Part shown: one piece after another, positions 39,191 to 54,844 of the stretch | Position numbering within the stretch: position 1 is the first letter of the stretch | How the letters are laid out: every line of letters starts with the position of its first letter | Source: Vicugna vicugna | Lineage: Eukaryota | DNA length: 64,000 nucleotides | Assembly (NCBI GenBank): GCA_013265495.1 | Contig: MU058540.1 | Location: 2,319,696-2,383,695 of the forward strand | Direction of reading: 5' to 3' | The notes under the pieces: generated by a model | What the model saw: the letters and a program-made list of their open reading frames with translations, nothing else | What the model was told of the DNA's origin: nothing | The model's database searches: none | Translations under genes and position numbers: made by a program

Positions 39191-41459
39191 GTGCTCTGGG
39201 GTCCCTGTTTTTTTCACTTCTGCTCCTTACCCATTAGCGGTGCTAACTGTAATTGAGGGTAGGGTGAGGGAGTCAGATGAATTGCACAGCCTTGACCCAT
39301 GCTCACCACTCATTCCAGAAGGCTTAGAGTACTAGAGCCAGTACTTTTGGTGGGCCCTAGAAATTCAGGGTACTCCAGCTCTTTAAATAACATGTGAAGC
39401 TTACTTCACTTTTCAAGTTTCTGTTGCCAAAAGGAAGGGAGCAAAGAGATTAGCTGTAGAATTCTGCTGACAAAAGAAGATTAGCCTGCTGGCAGGTTGG
39501 ATGTTTTCTAACTTCTTTGGGCTTCTAGGTTTTTTCTTACTATTGGGTCATTTTTAAAAAGTCATTTTTACCTTCTTTTCAACATTTAAGATCTCATTTA
39601 TTTTCTGTTTTGTTTGACCCCATAAGTGCTTTACATTCCTCTACTTTTCCCCCTTTACAATAATTTTAGTAGCAATTGGATGATTAATGTTTTGGCTGTT
39701 AGCCCCCAAAGACTTCTCTGTTAACTTGAATAAATCTTATAGATTGAATGATTCTACACATAAGCATCCTTATAAAAATCTGTAGGATTGCCTTCCCTGC
39801 CTTTTCAGAGACAAGCTTCTCTCTTTTGTGAAAGTGACCCCCCCTTTTACTGCTCTATCATCTAGTTGCAGAAAATAAGTGTTCCTAAACACAGATTCCC
39901 ATGACAACATAACAAAAAGGTAATAGAACAAATGTTTATTTTGTCTAGGCCCGCTGCCTAAGTAACTTTAGATCCTGAGCATGCTGGCTCCTGTTACTTT
40001 GAGTGATGTTGTTACAGATTTCCTTGTTTTCCTCAGAGCCTTCTCCTCTCAGGCCTTGGTGGTATTGTCACTGTGCCTGTGACATGAAGGAAGGTATGTG
40101 AGTGCGTGTGTCTTACTGTCAGTCTACCCACAAGTATGCATTGATTGCTTTTCCAACCTTATGGTTCAGAGTGTAGGCATTACACATCATTATGCAAAAA
40201 ACAAAAAACAAAAAAACACCAAACCAAACCAACTTCCCTCTTTGTTTTCTTAAATTCCGTAATTCAGTAATGCCAGTGCTACGCATTGTAGTAGGTGTTT
40301 TGTTTATAAAGACTGAAAAAACGAAAAAAGCAGGAAGGGTTCCTGCTTTTGAAAATAGCAGTTTGGAAGGGACATATTTATGTTGCGTTCTCAGAGATTG
40401 CTTTCAAAGTCCCCTGTAGCTTTTCTCTTCTCCATTCTTTCAGCTTAAGTTGCCATCTCAAATCTACATATATATTTCTAGGACTTCCCTTGAAATCTTC
40501 TGTTAGATTCTGCTGTCTCTTCCTTGAATCTAGTGACATATGGGTCATTTTTTACATCTAGAGCACTTTGTAGGAGGATATATGTTTGAAATCTGTATCA
40601 GAGAGGCCCTTCCATTTGATTCAGATCTAGAAAGTGATGACATCAGCACGTGCCCACAAGAGGTCAGAACTTCTTTTGATCTGCTGAGGGCTCAGAGAGA
40701 CTATGTTTTAGGGGAAGAAAGGGACTGTGAGGGTTAAGGATCCAGGCATAAACCAGCCTTAAACTTCCACGTGGGGTAGTGTCTCTGCTGTGACAGTCTT
40801 CTCACCTACAAATTATGTGCCCCTAATAATTATACCCTTAGTCTGTCTTGTGACACTCAGTTTGAGGTGTCTGGTTTATGCAAGTGTAAATTGAACTCTT
40901 CTTTCTCATATTTCCTTATCCCTGTAGTAGATAAAACTTTATTCCCAGAAATAATTACTTTATCCTTAATATCCCCAGTAGCTAATTCTTTCCCCCTGCT
41001 TCCATCAACTCCTTCATTGAGGGCTTTAACTAGCTTGAACCTTCTCAAACTTAGACTTTTGAAAAGTAGTTTCTATTTATGTTTTCTTCTCCAGGCTACC
41101 CACTGCTGGTGAAAATCTTAGTTATCTTTCTCATTTGGTATAATAAAATATGACTCCTTAATGATCTTAGTATTAAATTGAAGTGAAATATCGATGTTGG
41201 TATCTTATATTGATGTACTTCTAATAATTTCCTCATTTGACATTATAAGTTTGGCTTGTTTCATTTTCTATTTCTTCAGTATTGTCCTAAATGCCTTACG
41301 CTTCAAATGATCTGTTTTGAAATTAGCAATCTCAATAAATTAAATGATATTGATGCCAAAGGGAGCAAAAGGGAAAAAATAGCAAATTTAAGAAAGCAGA
41401 CAGTACGTGTTATCAAGCTGTGTTTACATTCCCGAATGCAGTATAACCTCAGATTACTT

Positions 41460-41650
41460 ATCCTATGGACATTTTCGGTGGAGAGATATATATATATATT
41501 TTGGGCAGGGGACTGTCTGGTGCATTATAGGATATTTAGCAGCATCCCTTTACCCTCCCCACTAGGTGCCAGCAGTCGTGACAGCCAAAAGTGTCTCTAG
41601 ACATTGCTACATGTCCTCTGGGGACAAAATCACCCCTGGTTGAGAACTGC
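41460..41650 (+). mobile_element. MER20
   Basis: ggatatttagcagcatcc...gtgtctctagacattgc...ggttgagaactgct. Confidence 0.8.
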
Positions 41651-43719
41651 TTATATAATTCTATATATTTGGATTGATTGGTCCTGAGTAAAAACAAGAT
41701 AGGATAACTTGAACCTTCCACCTCCAAAAGGAAACACTGTACTTTCCTGTGCATGTTACTTTTGAATTCATTTTCTAATACAATGTCAACTGTGTCCTCA
41801 TTGATATACTGTACATCCACATTTGTACTTCCAAAGCTAATGTCAAGAATGTCTAACCTTTTGGATTTCAAGTCTACTGAAATGTAATGTTTCATGCTTT
41901 CTCCTGATTATTTTTCTACACACTTCTAGAGGAGGATCTCAGAGATGTAGCACTAACTACCCTAGGTAGTTATAACCTTGTGTAGTTCAGTCTTAAATAT
42001 GTGGAGCTGATATTTGAAGGAAGCTTATCATTAGCACTGATGAATAACAGTGGTCATGGAAATTACAATCAGGGAGTGAGCCAATTGCCTGGAGATTTCT
42101 ATAACTCTAGGTATTAAGGCAACATAATTTTGAAAGTTGGAAATGTGTGTATATTTTCATATGTTTTGGATTTGCTATAGTGAAAGAAATCTGTTGGCCA
42201 TCCATCAGACAGTGTTCAGTGCCCACCAGTGTATAAAAGAAATAGACATAAAATACTAATGAACTATGTATGTAAAGGTACTGATGTATATAGAGACGTG
42301 GGGGCATTGTGGGCTGTAGTAGTTAGAATATTCTATGGAGGAAGAAGGATTTGAAGATTATTTTGAAGGATGAGTAGTATTTGGAACATTTTTAAAGAAG
42401 GGAATATTTTGAGATAATGAGAAAACTAAGAGAATTAGATATAAATGGACTGGCCTGACAAGAGAAATATCTCAGATAAGGTGAACCCAATTGTGGTTCT
42501 CAGTCTGGTTGTGCTTCAGAATCACTTGTGGGGAGATTTTAAACATGCAGGTGCTTGGGTCCTACCCCTAGAAGTTAAGAATTAGGTCTGGGGTAGGATT
42601 AAGGCAACTGCATTTTTCTAGGCAATAGAAAGCTGTTATAATTTCTTGAGTTGTAAAGTAGCAAGGGAAAATGTTTTAAAATTGGTCTGACTGGAGTGTT
42701 TCAGAATGGATTGGAGGAAGCAAATGTGTTGCTTTGTAAAAAGTCTAGTAATTTATGTGCATATCTATTCATTCTGACTCCCCAGCTAGATTTCTCAGTT
42801 CCTCGAGGTCAGGAACTGTCTGCTTTGGTGTGTATTTATTAGTCTTGCATTATGTTCTGAGCACAGGGCTAGATTCTGAGGATAAACAGATAAATTATAG
42901 CTTCTGCTCCCCCTCACAGTCTACATTGGGAAACAAATATATAAAGGAATACCTTTTTTTCCAGTTCATTGTTTAAAAGTATGGGCTACATTATTTTCCT
43001 GATTATAGTAGTTCTTAAATCCTGTATCTTAAATTGCTGAATAAATGTGCACTTTAACTTGTAGAAACTATATTTTAGTTATCCATAGCATGACAACAGA
43101 TGATCAAGGATTTGGACCCTCGGTTATATTTTAATAATCTGCCATATTTTACTGTTATTTCAAACATACACTCAACCTCAAATGTGAGAACAAGAGACCT
43201 AAAATATATATATTGAGAATTTACTGTGTGATAAATCCCATGCTGGAAGCTGATCATGAAACTATTATATAATAGCATACTCATTTCCACTTGGAACATT
43301 TACTACCTGCTTTTTACAGTTTGTAAAGTACTTTCACGTAGTTATCTTATTTGAGCCTCAGAACAACATTGTAAGATAAAAAAGGCTAGTGACACCCCCA
43401 TTTTATTGATTTGGAAACAGACTCTTAGAAGCTTTGGCCAAGAAGTACCAGAACCGAAACCAGAACTCAAATTTGTTGACTACTAGTTTACTTTTCTCTA
43501 TATCAGATGGCTTATGTTTATGCTTAACAGGGTTTTTTGAGATCAGGTCATCAAAATATTGCAGACAAGGACTATTCGGTAGCCTTGTTAATGCAGCTTT
43601 GTTAGATGGAATTCAGTGACTTTTTCCCTAGGGCACTGAAAAAGTTCTTATTTAGTATTCCTAAAAGTGAGCAAGATGTTTTAAACGTTTGAAAAAAATG
43701 AAGTTGCTAAGTGTAATGA

Positions 43720-44450
43720 TGTAACATATGGCCATAAATTATTTGATACTCCTCCTTTAAAGAGGTGGAGCTTTATTCTCCTCCCCTTGAGTGAAGGCTC
43801 TACTTAGTGACTCACTTCTCTAAAGTATAGAATGTGGCAGGATGATGGAGTATGACCTCTGAGAGTAGATCATGAAAGGCATTGTGGCCTCTGCCTTGCT
43901 CCTTCTCTGAGATCAGCTGCTCTAGGACATTTTCTCAGTCTTGCTACTGTTGGCATTTTGGGCCAGATAGTTATTTGTTGTGAAGGATATTTAACAGTAT
44001 CCTTGTTCTCTACCCACTAGATGCCTGTAGCATCCGCCACCCTCACCACACACTCGCAATTGTGACAGCCAAAAACATCTTAGACATTGTCAGATGTCCC
44101 CTGGAGGGTAAAACTGCCCTCTGTTGAGAACCACTGCCTTAGGGGAAGCCAGCTGCTATGTTGAGAGGACAACTGAAGCAGCCCTATGGAGAGGTCCACA
44201 TTGCAAAGAACCAAGGCCTGCCAACACCAAGTGAGCGAGCCGTCTTGGAAGTGGATCTTCCAGCCTCAGTCAAGTCTTCAGATGACTAGCTGGGGCCAGC
44301 GTCTTGACTGCAACTTCAGGAGAGACCATGAGCCAGAACCACCCAGCTAAGCTGCTCCCAAATTCCTGACTCACAAAAACTATGAGATACTAAATCTTGT
44401 TTAACCCACAATTGGGGGTAATTTATTATCTAACAATAGATAACTAATAC
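43720..44450 (+). mobile_element. MLT1F-like MaLR LTR with nested MER20 (about 43929-44136)
   Basis: MLT1 motifs (cagccctatggagaggtccaca; ccagctaagctgctccc; atagataactaatac) interrupted by MER20. Confidence 0.8.
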
Positions 44451-47400
44451 TCCTATGTGTTACTGTAAAAAAACATATATGTATATGTATATATGTCATA
44501 TAAAATGGAGAGTCGCAGACTGAGCAAAACCCAAAAGAAGTGAAGATATGTTAATGCCTGTTATGTACATTTATAGTCATGTTCACAGCATATATTTGTA
44601 GGGTGCTTTTCTGGATATGAAATCTATGAACACTATTACTGTAAAAAAGTTTTAATTGTAGCAGCAAGGCAGAGTTGATGGATGGTAATACTAAATAGTT
44701 AGAATGTAATATATGATTAGTCTATTTAATATTTCAGGTTTGCTTGAAGGATTTAAAAATTATTTAATTCTAAAACATTTTTTATTGAAATTTTCAAACA
44801 CATAAAAGTAGAGAAGATATATACCCCTGGTGGAAACATTCTAATAAGGCTTTAGAAAATAATCCCCTGTAAGATAAATAAAATAATCCATGCAAAATAT
44901 TTTTGCAATCAATATGGGAAAACCATTGTTCTTGATGCATATATACACTTCCATTTGCAATCGAAGAAATGTGTTAACTGACACCACTGTAACTTTTAAA
45001 GCTTCAGTGAAGAAGTGTACAAAATCATTCTTTTTTCAAATGGAGCTTGCAGCAAATGAAGGTTGATTGCATTTTGATCACAGATGGTTTTGGATTTTCA
45101 GGTTGCAAACCAAGTAAATTTCTACATTACTGAATGTTAGTTTTCATCAGCTTTGTAAAAATTGAAGCAGTTGTGAAAAAGATTTTTGTCCCAGTAGCTT
45201 AGAAGCTTTTGCTGCAGGAATTGGACCAGACTAGGAATGACAAGTTTTAGCATATATGTTGTCCTTCTGAGTCCCAGCCCCATGGCTAATGTCCCTGATA
45301 AATCCTATCACAAATACGTTTTCCTATCTGAATGAGGTTTTTGTGAAAATATTGAATTTGCATAAAAGTTCTTGAACTTTAAGTTCTGCAAGGCAAGTTT
45401 TCAATTAAGTGACTCCTATTTTCCATTCTGGGCTACTTAACTATTGATAAGGTTTTTCATGTGTCATTTATGTTTTAAGCCTCTTTGAGAGGAATTTTTG
45501 GAAACTGAAACTGGGGATTGGTCATATTGCACATACTTGTAACAATACCATCTGATGTTCTTTCTATCAGTATGAAAGTTATTGTAAGAAACTGAATTCT
45601 GTTTTTAAATACTATATTGTGCAAACAGATCATTTTGATTTAAAAATCAAAGTGTTAAGTAGATACTTAAGCAGGGTATTTGAGAGTTAGTGAAGATACC
45701 AAAAGAAAGCTGCCAATATTTCAAATATTGAGTTTTTAAAGTCAATTTTAAGTCCCTTGCTACTCTGAAACATATTTTTTGAAATTCCCAAGTCAAAACT
45801 TGAGTTCTAGTTTTTGCCTTTATTTTCATGACATTATTTCCAAAATGGAAGTGCAGAGCATAGCATCAAAACTACAGTGATACTTGCACATTTGTCTGAA
45901 TTTAGAAGGAAGAAAAAGTAGGTTTCTGTGGTAGAGATGTATGCCAAAAATATTTCCAGTATGGTATTTATTGAAATTTGTATCAAGTATTATGGGTAGA
46001 GAGAAAGTTCCAAGTTAGTCGTCTGAATTAGTTATTTAGAAGGCACATTTTGAAAACCGTTATCAATTAACCTGAATTCAATTGTAAAAAAGCTTAAAAT
46101 TCTATGGAAAACAGATTTCATCTTTTGCAGATTATTTCTCTCCAAGTAGATATGTAAATGAGTTTGATGTGTTACTGAGAATTTGTTAATTCAGTGTAAC
46201 TACGGATTTTAATACATTAAAATATTTTCATTAATTTCCAAAAATAAGTAAAATTGTATTGTCTTCTTAACCATTATTAAAGGTTCACTTTTCCTTAACA
46301 TCATTCAGGGATTAGAGAAGTCATCTATGACCATTAAAGGAAATTGTGAAGCCGTTTATGACCCCCAGAAATTACTCAGCTAATTGCCAGGTGTTTGCTC
46401 ATTCTTCATTCTATTGGAGAAAACCTAAATTTTTTTTTTGATGAAAATCCTGGTTGGTGCAGTCATTTGTACTCTTATGCTCTGTGGACGTGGGCAGTTG
46501 ACCTCGTTAGGCAGCATCTCACCTTTCTTAAGAAGTTCTCTCTTCTGTTTCCTACCGAGTCTGCTGGCTATTAAAGCATACTGATTTGCTTCTACCTTGC
46601 AACATAGGCACTCTCCAAGCAAGGTGCCAGTCATGGCACATAAACACGAAGTCCCTATGTCTCTATACCTACCAAAAGCTCAGTTGGTGGAAACCATCTT
46701 TATAGGATTGTCTGATAAATATGGAGCTTATTATCTATTTTTCTAAAAACATGTGAGATTTCCTCTTGGATGAGAAGTGTCAGAGAGCAGCACACCATGC
46801 TGTTTTGTCTTCTCCTGCCTTTGCTAGTAATGAATTGTATTTTGGCCTTAGGAAACAGTCTCCACTGATGGATGCTCTACGAAAAGAACCATCTGAAACC
46901 CACTATTATAATTGTGTAAGGATGTTGATTAGGACATTTTTACTGCATTATACAGTGTCTCCTTCATAAACATACACAGGAGGAACTCTTCTACAGAAGA
47001 GTTTTACTACAGAAATAATTATGCCTCTCTTCAGTTCTCCAAGTACCTGGTTTGTTTTTATTTTATGGTTCCTGTGACTCATGTCTTAACTGGTTATGTT
47101 CTCTGTGTTGGCTTTAGTGGACTCAGAGCCAAATTTGGGGCCCACCTCTAACGGGTGTTCAGAAAGGACCTCATGATATGCATTTGTGCTATCCTCACCC
47201 ATACAGAATTTCTTACTTATTTATTTCCCCCTAATCAGTTACTCTTATGTCAAATTGTATATATACAGTTCTCAGTTACTTTAAATACATTGTGAAGTAA
47301 AACAGGGTATATGTAAGTAAACTTAAAAATTAGAATTACGGTGTTAAGAATCTAGTAAACCAAATTTTTTCAGGACAGGGGAGAGGGAAGGAAAGTGTGA

Positions 47401-50400
47401 ATGTGTAACAAAACACTAAATTTTATTTAGTGAATATTATTGTGTCCTAGGCAGTGGACTCACATTCAGCATCAATTAGTGACAATGACATTCTGACATT
47501 ATAATATCTGCTTTTAATGAATTTTATCTTTCCCTTTAATTTTTTTTTACCATAGCAATGTTTTTATAAAACATGAATTAATTTTATAACTTTGTGAATT
47601 TACAAGTGAGGAAAAAAACTTATTAAGCAATGTGTCCTGGATTTTAGTTTGGAGAACCTGATCATCATAAAGATAATTCCATTTTATGATGTTGTTCATG
47701 AAAACAAGGTTTAATTTGAATTTAGTTACAATTTTTAAAATGTGATTAAGAGGAATCTTCCCAACTGGTAATACTAGTAAGTACAATAATAAAGGCAAAG
47801 CCAGTAGCTGATCCTGGGGTTGTCCTGGGGTTGTTCCAGGTTGGTATCTTGGAAAAAGAGTGAGCATTGAAATTAAACAGATCTGGGTTTGCCTCCCACT
47901 ATATACGAGTTATGTGCCCTTCGGTGACTTGCTAATAAGGTTTCTGACCATTAGTTTCTTATTTGGGAAAGTAAATATAACTATCTCACAAAGTTATTAT
48001 AAGGATTAAATGAAACATTTCACATAATGTGGCATAGTATCAGGTAGTTTAATGAAGTTAAGTTTCTTCTCCTCAATTGGTTTTATCAGGTGATCTTTAA
48101 AAAATTACTAGGAATTTCTGTTTTGATAATTACAGTGTTCAATTTAGGATGAAATGTACAATTTCTTCTCCAAAAACTGCTTTGATTAGTGATAGAAACA
48201 GGAGGCTAGATCGGAGCAAGTTAAATACATAAAGAGGTGGAGGCAGTGATGGGACGTATATTCTTTGCCTCAGCAGTTTTTGCCATGAGGATTACTAACT
48301 AATAAGCAAAAAGCAGTTTTTCTGAACAATTCGTGCTTGTTCTCTTTGGTAAGTAAAATATGTTTTAAAAGGTGGGAGTGTACTTCTACTTTGAAGTAAA
48401 AATTGTTAGTGTGTTCTAAGGAAACCATGCAATTACGGAGGAAGCAATGTGAATTAAGATGTCCATTGTAGTAGTATTTGTATTATTTGTGTAAATGAAT
48501 GGAATAGCTTTAATGTCCATCATTGAGAATGAGTATAGATAGTGGTTCAGATATTTAATGAAATTATTGTAAATGATTGTTTAGTAGAATGGAAAATGCT
48601 TGTGGCTTAGGTATGGAGGATACAAATTTATATACTCTGAGTATAGCCATGTAAGTATCAGTTGAAGGAAATATAATTGTTAATAGAGGTTTTATTAAAG
48701 TTAGAAAGCATGCCTCTTTTTGTTTGTTTTAGGGTAACAGAAAAGCACAGATGACTTATGATTATGACTTTACTAGTGACTTTTTAAAAGACATAAACTC
48801 ACTTTTTAAAAAAAAATCAGGATAGGAGAATATAAAAAAAGCAAAAATGTCAAGAGTCCTGAGTATGCCAGACATTTCTTTTCTGCTTATGTGTGTATAC
48901 CTGGATGAGTATACTTTTTTTTCCCCACAGATGGGATCATTCTTTACTTCTGAAACTTGTTCTCTTTCCCATCAACAGTATAATACGTACATATTAGTAT
49001 GTGAAGATTCTTGTTAATGGCTGCGATATATGGTACATGAGAATGTACCATAATTTAAACTCTGCCGTATTGGATATTAAGGCAGTTTCTGGTTTTGTTC
49101 TTGTGAACAGGCTACAGTGAACATTTATGTATTTTGAACCCAACTTATATATTTTGTATATTTTTAAACTTAGTTTATATATTTTTGAGCCCAACTTTTA
49201 AAAAAGTGTCCAACTATAGTAGTTGCAGGGTATTATTGGGCATTCTTTGCTTTCATATATGTATATTTCATCATCCCAGTTAGATGGTAAGTTCTGTGGC
49301 ATCAGGTACTATGTCTACTGTTTCTTTTGTATCCACAAAGAGTCTCATGAGGAAGGTATTTCAGTAAGTACTAAGGAAGTGGTTATTTTGGTATTTGTGA
49401 GATACTACATCATTGAATCCTTTAGTGTTTTAGATTCATAGGCAGTAGTAGAACTTCAGGGATTGGAAACTTCCCATTAATAAAGTAATTCATGTTGAGT
49501 GAAAGTTACCTCTCATGAAATACTTTTCATTAATATTATCCCAGTTTGGTGTAAGATTACAGGAAAAACTTTTTTCCATATAAAAAGTAATTATAGTAGG
49601 AATCATTTTAGAAAAGCAGGGTCTATACAATTAGAATATATTTAAAATGGGCTGAACTTTTAGCTAAGTTGAACTTGATTTTCTGTTATGGTTTAGTGGT
49701 TAAAGAGTTCAGTTGTGAAACATACCACATGGATTTGAATGCCAGCTCTGCCATTTTCTGTACGTGAGCACATTAGTTAACCACTTTGTGCCTTAGTTCT
49801 CTCATCTATAAACTAGGAATAATACTGTCTTCTTGTAAAGTTATGATAAAGATGTTCATTGATGTAAAGATCTAAAACCAGTGCTTAGCCATAAAAAGCA
49901 CTTAACAAATGTAAGTTTTTAACATTAATATCATTTTCTTGTTGGATGCTGTTGAATTTATAAAAGTTGAGAGCCAAATGGTAAAGCTGAAGTTTTTTCT
50001 TTCATATTTCAGAAAACTACATTATAAAGTAGTCTTTTTTCCTTTTGTTAAGCATTTATTGGGAATGTGCCACATGCCAGGCATTAAACTAAGTCTTATG
50101 TAATATAATAGTGAATAAAACAAGACACTTCCTGCCTTCAAGGTGCTTATGATGAGTGGGAAAGGCAGGTATTATTAATGTCAAATATTTGAGCTTTACC
50201 ATGGACCAGGCCCTTTGCTAAACCTACTACAGACGTTACTGCATTTAATCCTAACAAGCATCCTACAGATTAAATATAAACATTATTCTCATTTTATATA
50301 TGAGGGTGAGCGAATTTAATTAACTTCCTCAAGATTGTACAGCTGCTAAGTGGCAGAACTGGAATTAAAATCCAGACAGTCTAACACCAAAGCCCCAGTC

Positions 50401-50999
50401 CTTATTTAACCACTGCTGGATAGTAGATAAACATATAGTAATAAATTGTGATTATTGGGATCTGTAGGGTACTGATTAATCCTAGCCTGCTTTTGCTGAA
50501 TAGATACAGGGGTCAAATACAGGTGAAATATGTACTTTATTACTGTAAAGCTGGCATGGAGAATGACTTGGACAGGTGGCTCAAGTAGACTGCTTCTTTC
50601 TTCAATACTGAATTGGACTTGCACACTCAGTCACAGGCAGGTCAGTTAGAAACCGGTTTACATTCCTTGCTCCAGGAGACCCCAGCAGGCTCACCAGCGG
50701 AGGAGGTAAGCAGAATGTGAGGTGGAGAGCTGAAGGGGATGGGTCACACAGGAGCAGTGGCCACTTTCCCAGTCTCACTAGAGCAGTGAGGGGTTCAGAG
50801 AAGAATATGAACATACTTGGTACTTCCAGGAGGGAAGAAGTTACTATTTCATGGGCTCATAGGAACAAGGGGAGTGGGAGAGAACCCCTTTATGTAGGAT
50901 GAGGAAGGAAATGACGACAGAATAACAGCTTGAGGCAGTTATAATAACCCTTCAATGCACCTCTGAAGGGGGGTGACTAAGCCCAGGCTTGGATAAGGA

Positions 51000-53800
51000 T
51001 TTATCTGTGGGGTGGAGTAGAGATGGAAGTGGGGCAGAAGAGCGTCTCAGGAACCAGGAACTACCTGTAAACTGAAGAGTTTAAGGAACAGAAAAGAACC
51101 AGCACATTCAGAACATAGTGACTGAGGGGAGGGAAGGAGTAGCACAGGAGCAGGGTGGAGTGGTCATGGTGGTCGGATCACCTGAGCCTTGTAGGCTGTG
51201 GTAGGAGATGTGTATTCTATTTTATGTGCTAAGGAAATTCCTTGAAGGATTTGAAACAAGGGAGTGGTGTCATCTAATTTATAGTTTTAAAGGATTATAT
51301 TGAATGCTTGTGGAGAGTATATTAAAAGGGAACAAAACAGGAAGCAGGGAGACCAGTCTTAGAAAACAGGCTGGTGATGAGGGTGACATAGACTAGTGTG
51401 GTAGCAGTGAAGTGAAGAGAAGTTGAATTTGAGATCTATTTTGGAGGTGGAAACCATAAGACTTTCTGATAGATTTGGATGGTGGCTAGGAGGCTGGAAG
51501 AAAAGGAAAAATAAAGGATGACACTCAAATATCTAGCTTAAGTAACTGAATAAAATGTCCATTTCTTGAGATAAAGGAGACAGGGAGAGGAATAGTTCTG
51601 GGTGGCCTGAACTTGCTAATTTTAAGCTGCTTATATGTTTTTGATACAGAGATGCCATGTACGCAGTCAGATTCTGAGAAGAGATTTCAGTGAGACACAA
51701 AGATTTGGGAGTTTTCAATATATAGATGGCATTTAACTTAAAGTCATGCATACAGATGAGATCATCTAGGAGAATGCAGGAGAGAGGAGAAAAGAGGGCC
51801 CAGCACCATACCCTGTAGAACTCCAGCATACAGAGCACGAGTAGAGGAACCACGTGCAATGGAGACAGAAAAGGAGCTGCCATGAAGGTCATAGAGAACC
51901 AGTAGAATGTGCTGATGTGGACTGCAATTTGGAAAGTGTTTAGAGAAAGGGGAAGTGTTAACCATGTCGGTGGCTAATCCAGAAAAGTGGCCATTTGGAT
52001 TTGGTAATAGAGGTTAATACTGACCCGAAAAGAACAGCTTCAGTGGAATGGATTGAGGAAAGAATGGAGCAGAGGAAATGAGTAAGTTGTGTGGATCTTG
52101 TAGTTCTGTGCTTCTCAGACCTTAAGACAAATGTGAATTACCTGGAGATCTTCTCAAACAGTAGAGTCTACTTTAGGGCCTGAAATTCTGCACTTCTAAG
52201 GAGCCCCCAGATAATACCAATGCTGTTGGTCTACAGAGGAGCAGAGATATAGATTAGTGGTCCTCAAACTTCACTGTGTGTTAGAATTATGTGACGGGCT
52301 TGATAAAATACAGAGTTTAGAGTTTCTGAATCAGTAGCTCTGGGATGGCAACCGAGAATTTGCATTCCTTATAAATCCCCAGATGACATCGATGCTGTTG
52401 GTCTAGGGACCACACTTTGAGAACCAGGAGAGAATTTTAACTGTGATGGGGAGCTTCCAAGGGAAATGTTCTGTTTTTTGAGGGTGGGAACTAACTAGAG
52501 CATACTTAATTAGATGAGAACAATCCAGGAAATAGGGAGAAGCTGAGAAAGAAGAGAGAAGGGGAACAAAGGAGTGAAGTCATTGATAAGATGAGGGAGG
52601 ATGACACCAAAGCATGGATTGAGGTCTTGAATTTTTAAAGGAAAGGGCATGTGTCCTCAGTTACAGCAATAGAGAAAGCAGAGAAGATGGGTCCAAGTGC
52701 ACACGGGTTTGCAGATTTAGTGGGAGGCAGGTGGAGCTCCTTTTTGATGGTTTCTTTCTTCTCAGTGAAGACAAGGGCAGCTCCTGAGGAAGGAGGGTGT
52801 ACAAATGAAAGTTTGAGGAAAGAGATGGTGTCAAATGATGACTTTGAGTAGGAAAGTGAACTTAATAGAAAAAAAAAAGTGGCAGTATTGAGAGCATTTG
52901 AGGTTAAGTTCAGAAATTAAGAGTAAAACCAGTCTGTATGACTGTGCATTCTTTTTTCTTCAGAGTTAGTTCTTAGATTCAGACAAAGAGAATCAAATAG
53001 TTGGGATCATCCAAAGTTGAACTTTATCCAGGTAAGTACATCAGAGAGAGAGGGTGGGAGGGCATAAGGAAGCCCCCACACAGGCTAAGCCAGGCAAGAA
53101 CAGAAATGAGGACAGGAGAGGGCTGAAGGATAGAAACAGTCAATGAAGTGTTGTAGTCAGCGTACAGGGAAGCTAGAAGTAAACTAAAAGGCATAGGAGG
53201 TTTGTGATGGAAAACCAGTGCTGGCATTCACAGTTTTGTAAGCAGGCAGCTCTTGGTGGTGGTAGAGGTGCAGGGTGTGACCATGGAGGTGGTTGGATAA
53301 GGTGGAGTTTCCTGGAGAGGTCAGGAAACTGAGAGGCCAGGAAGTTGGACGTATCCTCCACCTGGATGTTGAAGTTGCCAAGAATGATGACAGAAGTTGG
53401 GAATGGAGAGAGACTTTGAGATAGAAACTAACTTTTCAGTGAATGGTGGAAAATTCCAGGTCAGTGGATAACAGCCACAAAGAGGCAGAAACGGTCATGA
53501 GCAGGAGCTTTTGTAAATCAAGGGGAAAGTGATGGTCTGGAAGTGGAAATGGTTGGCAAGAAGGACATCTACCCCACCTGCTAGCCATGAGGTACTTGGG
53601 ATATGAGAGAGAATATCCACTCTCATGGCAGGGCTATAAGAGAAGTAGTGTCTTCAAGGTACAGGCTAGTTTCTGTTAAAGCAAAGAGGTGGAGGAAAGT
53701 TTCGGAAAAGGAGTTGAAGATTTACAGGAGTTTCTTACAGATTCGGAGTTGAAGAGCAGAAACATAGTTTAAGGATTTGGGAGTAAAGGGAAGGGAACCT
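51000..53800 (-). mobile_element. Long degenerate L2 body interrupted by MER5 elements (about 52100-52430)
   Basis: Purine-rich L2-like sequence. The minus-strand remnant 'GVLQGMVLGPLFSS' resembles the RT GVPQGSVLGP motif. Confidence 0.7.
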
Positions 53801-54129
53801 CTGGAGCAAATACAGTCATATGGGGAAGATAGTTTGGTCATAATGGATGATCTGAAAGTCTTGAATGTGCCCTTTAGAGACCAAGATAAACAGGAGGATG
53901 AGGCATAATGGAATTAGCCCAGTCTCTAAACATAATTAAAATACACATCAAGTTTCTTGCTGTACATGTCCTGTATGATCTAGCCTCAGCCTCTATCTCT
54001 GACCCCTTTCTTTTCCACTCTCCCCTTGCTCCCCATGCTCCACCTACACAGACCATGTTTCTTCTGTACTCCAGCATGCCTTATTTTTTCTAATTCATTT
54101 CTTTCCCCCTTGGTTTGCACCTGCTCTTC

Positions 54130-54385
54130 TGAGAGGCAGCATTGCAAAGTGGTTAATAGTATGAGCTCAGGATCCAGACTCCTCGCTCTGCCACTTTCTA
54201 GCTTTGTGACCACGGGCAAGTTACTTAACCTCTCTGTGCTTCAGTTTCTTTATTTGTAAATTGGGGAATGATAATAGTACTTACTTCTTAGGGGTGTTGG
54301 GGAATAAAAGAGTTAATTAAAAAAATTAATGTAAAGGGCTTAGAACAGTTCCTGGTATGCGGTAAAGATTCAATAAATGTTGATA
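54130..54385 (+). mobile_element. MIR inserted in a plus-strand L2 fragment (about 53900-54700)
   Basis: gggcaagttacttaacctctctgtgcttcagtttc core. Confidence 0.85.
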
Positions 54386-54844
54386 ATATTTTTTCTTCTG
54401 CTTGAAGCTCTTTTCCCCTCTATCTTTAGTGGTGCTATTTTCTCATCATTCAGTTGTCTCAGCTCAAATGTGCTTCCTCAGACATCCTATCTAATGTAAC
54501 GTAACTCCACCAGCTTTCTCTTTTGCCCATTATTCTGTTTTATTTAGTCATAGCAATCATCACTATTTGAAATCATTTTATTATTTTGCTCTTACCCTCT
54601 TCCCCCATCCCCTGTGGGCAGTGATATGTTGACTTACTCCATACTGTATCTCAGCTTCTAGAAAGTGATAGAAAATTTGTAGATGCTCAAGAAATTTTTG
54701 TGCCAACTCATTGTCCTGAAAATATGGTGGTTTTCAAAGCCTCTACTCTGACCAGACAGCATATGGTGGCAAGGTGGCAGGGAAGCCTGGGCAGAGAAGA
54801 CAGAGAAAATCCAGCTTTTTGTGTACCAGTCTATTGGCTCATCT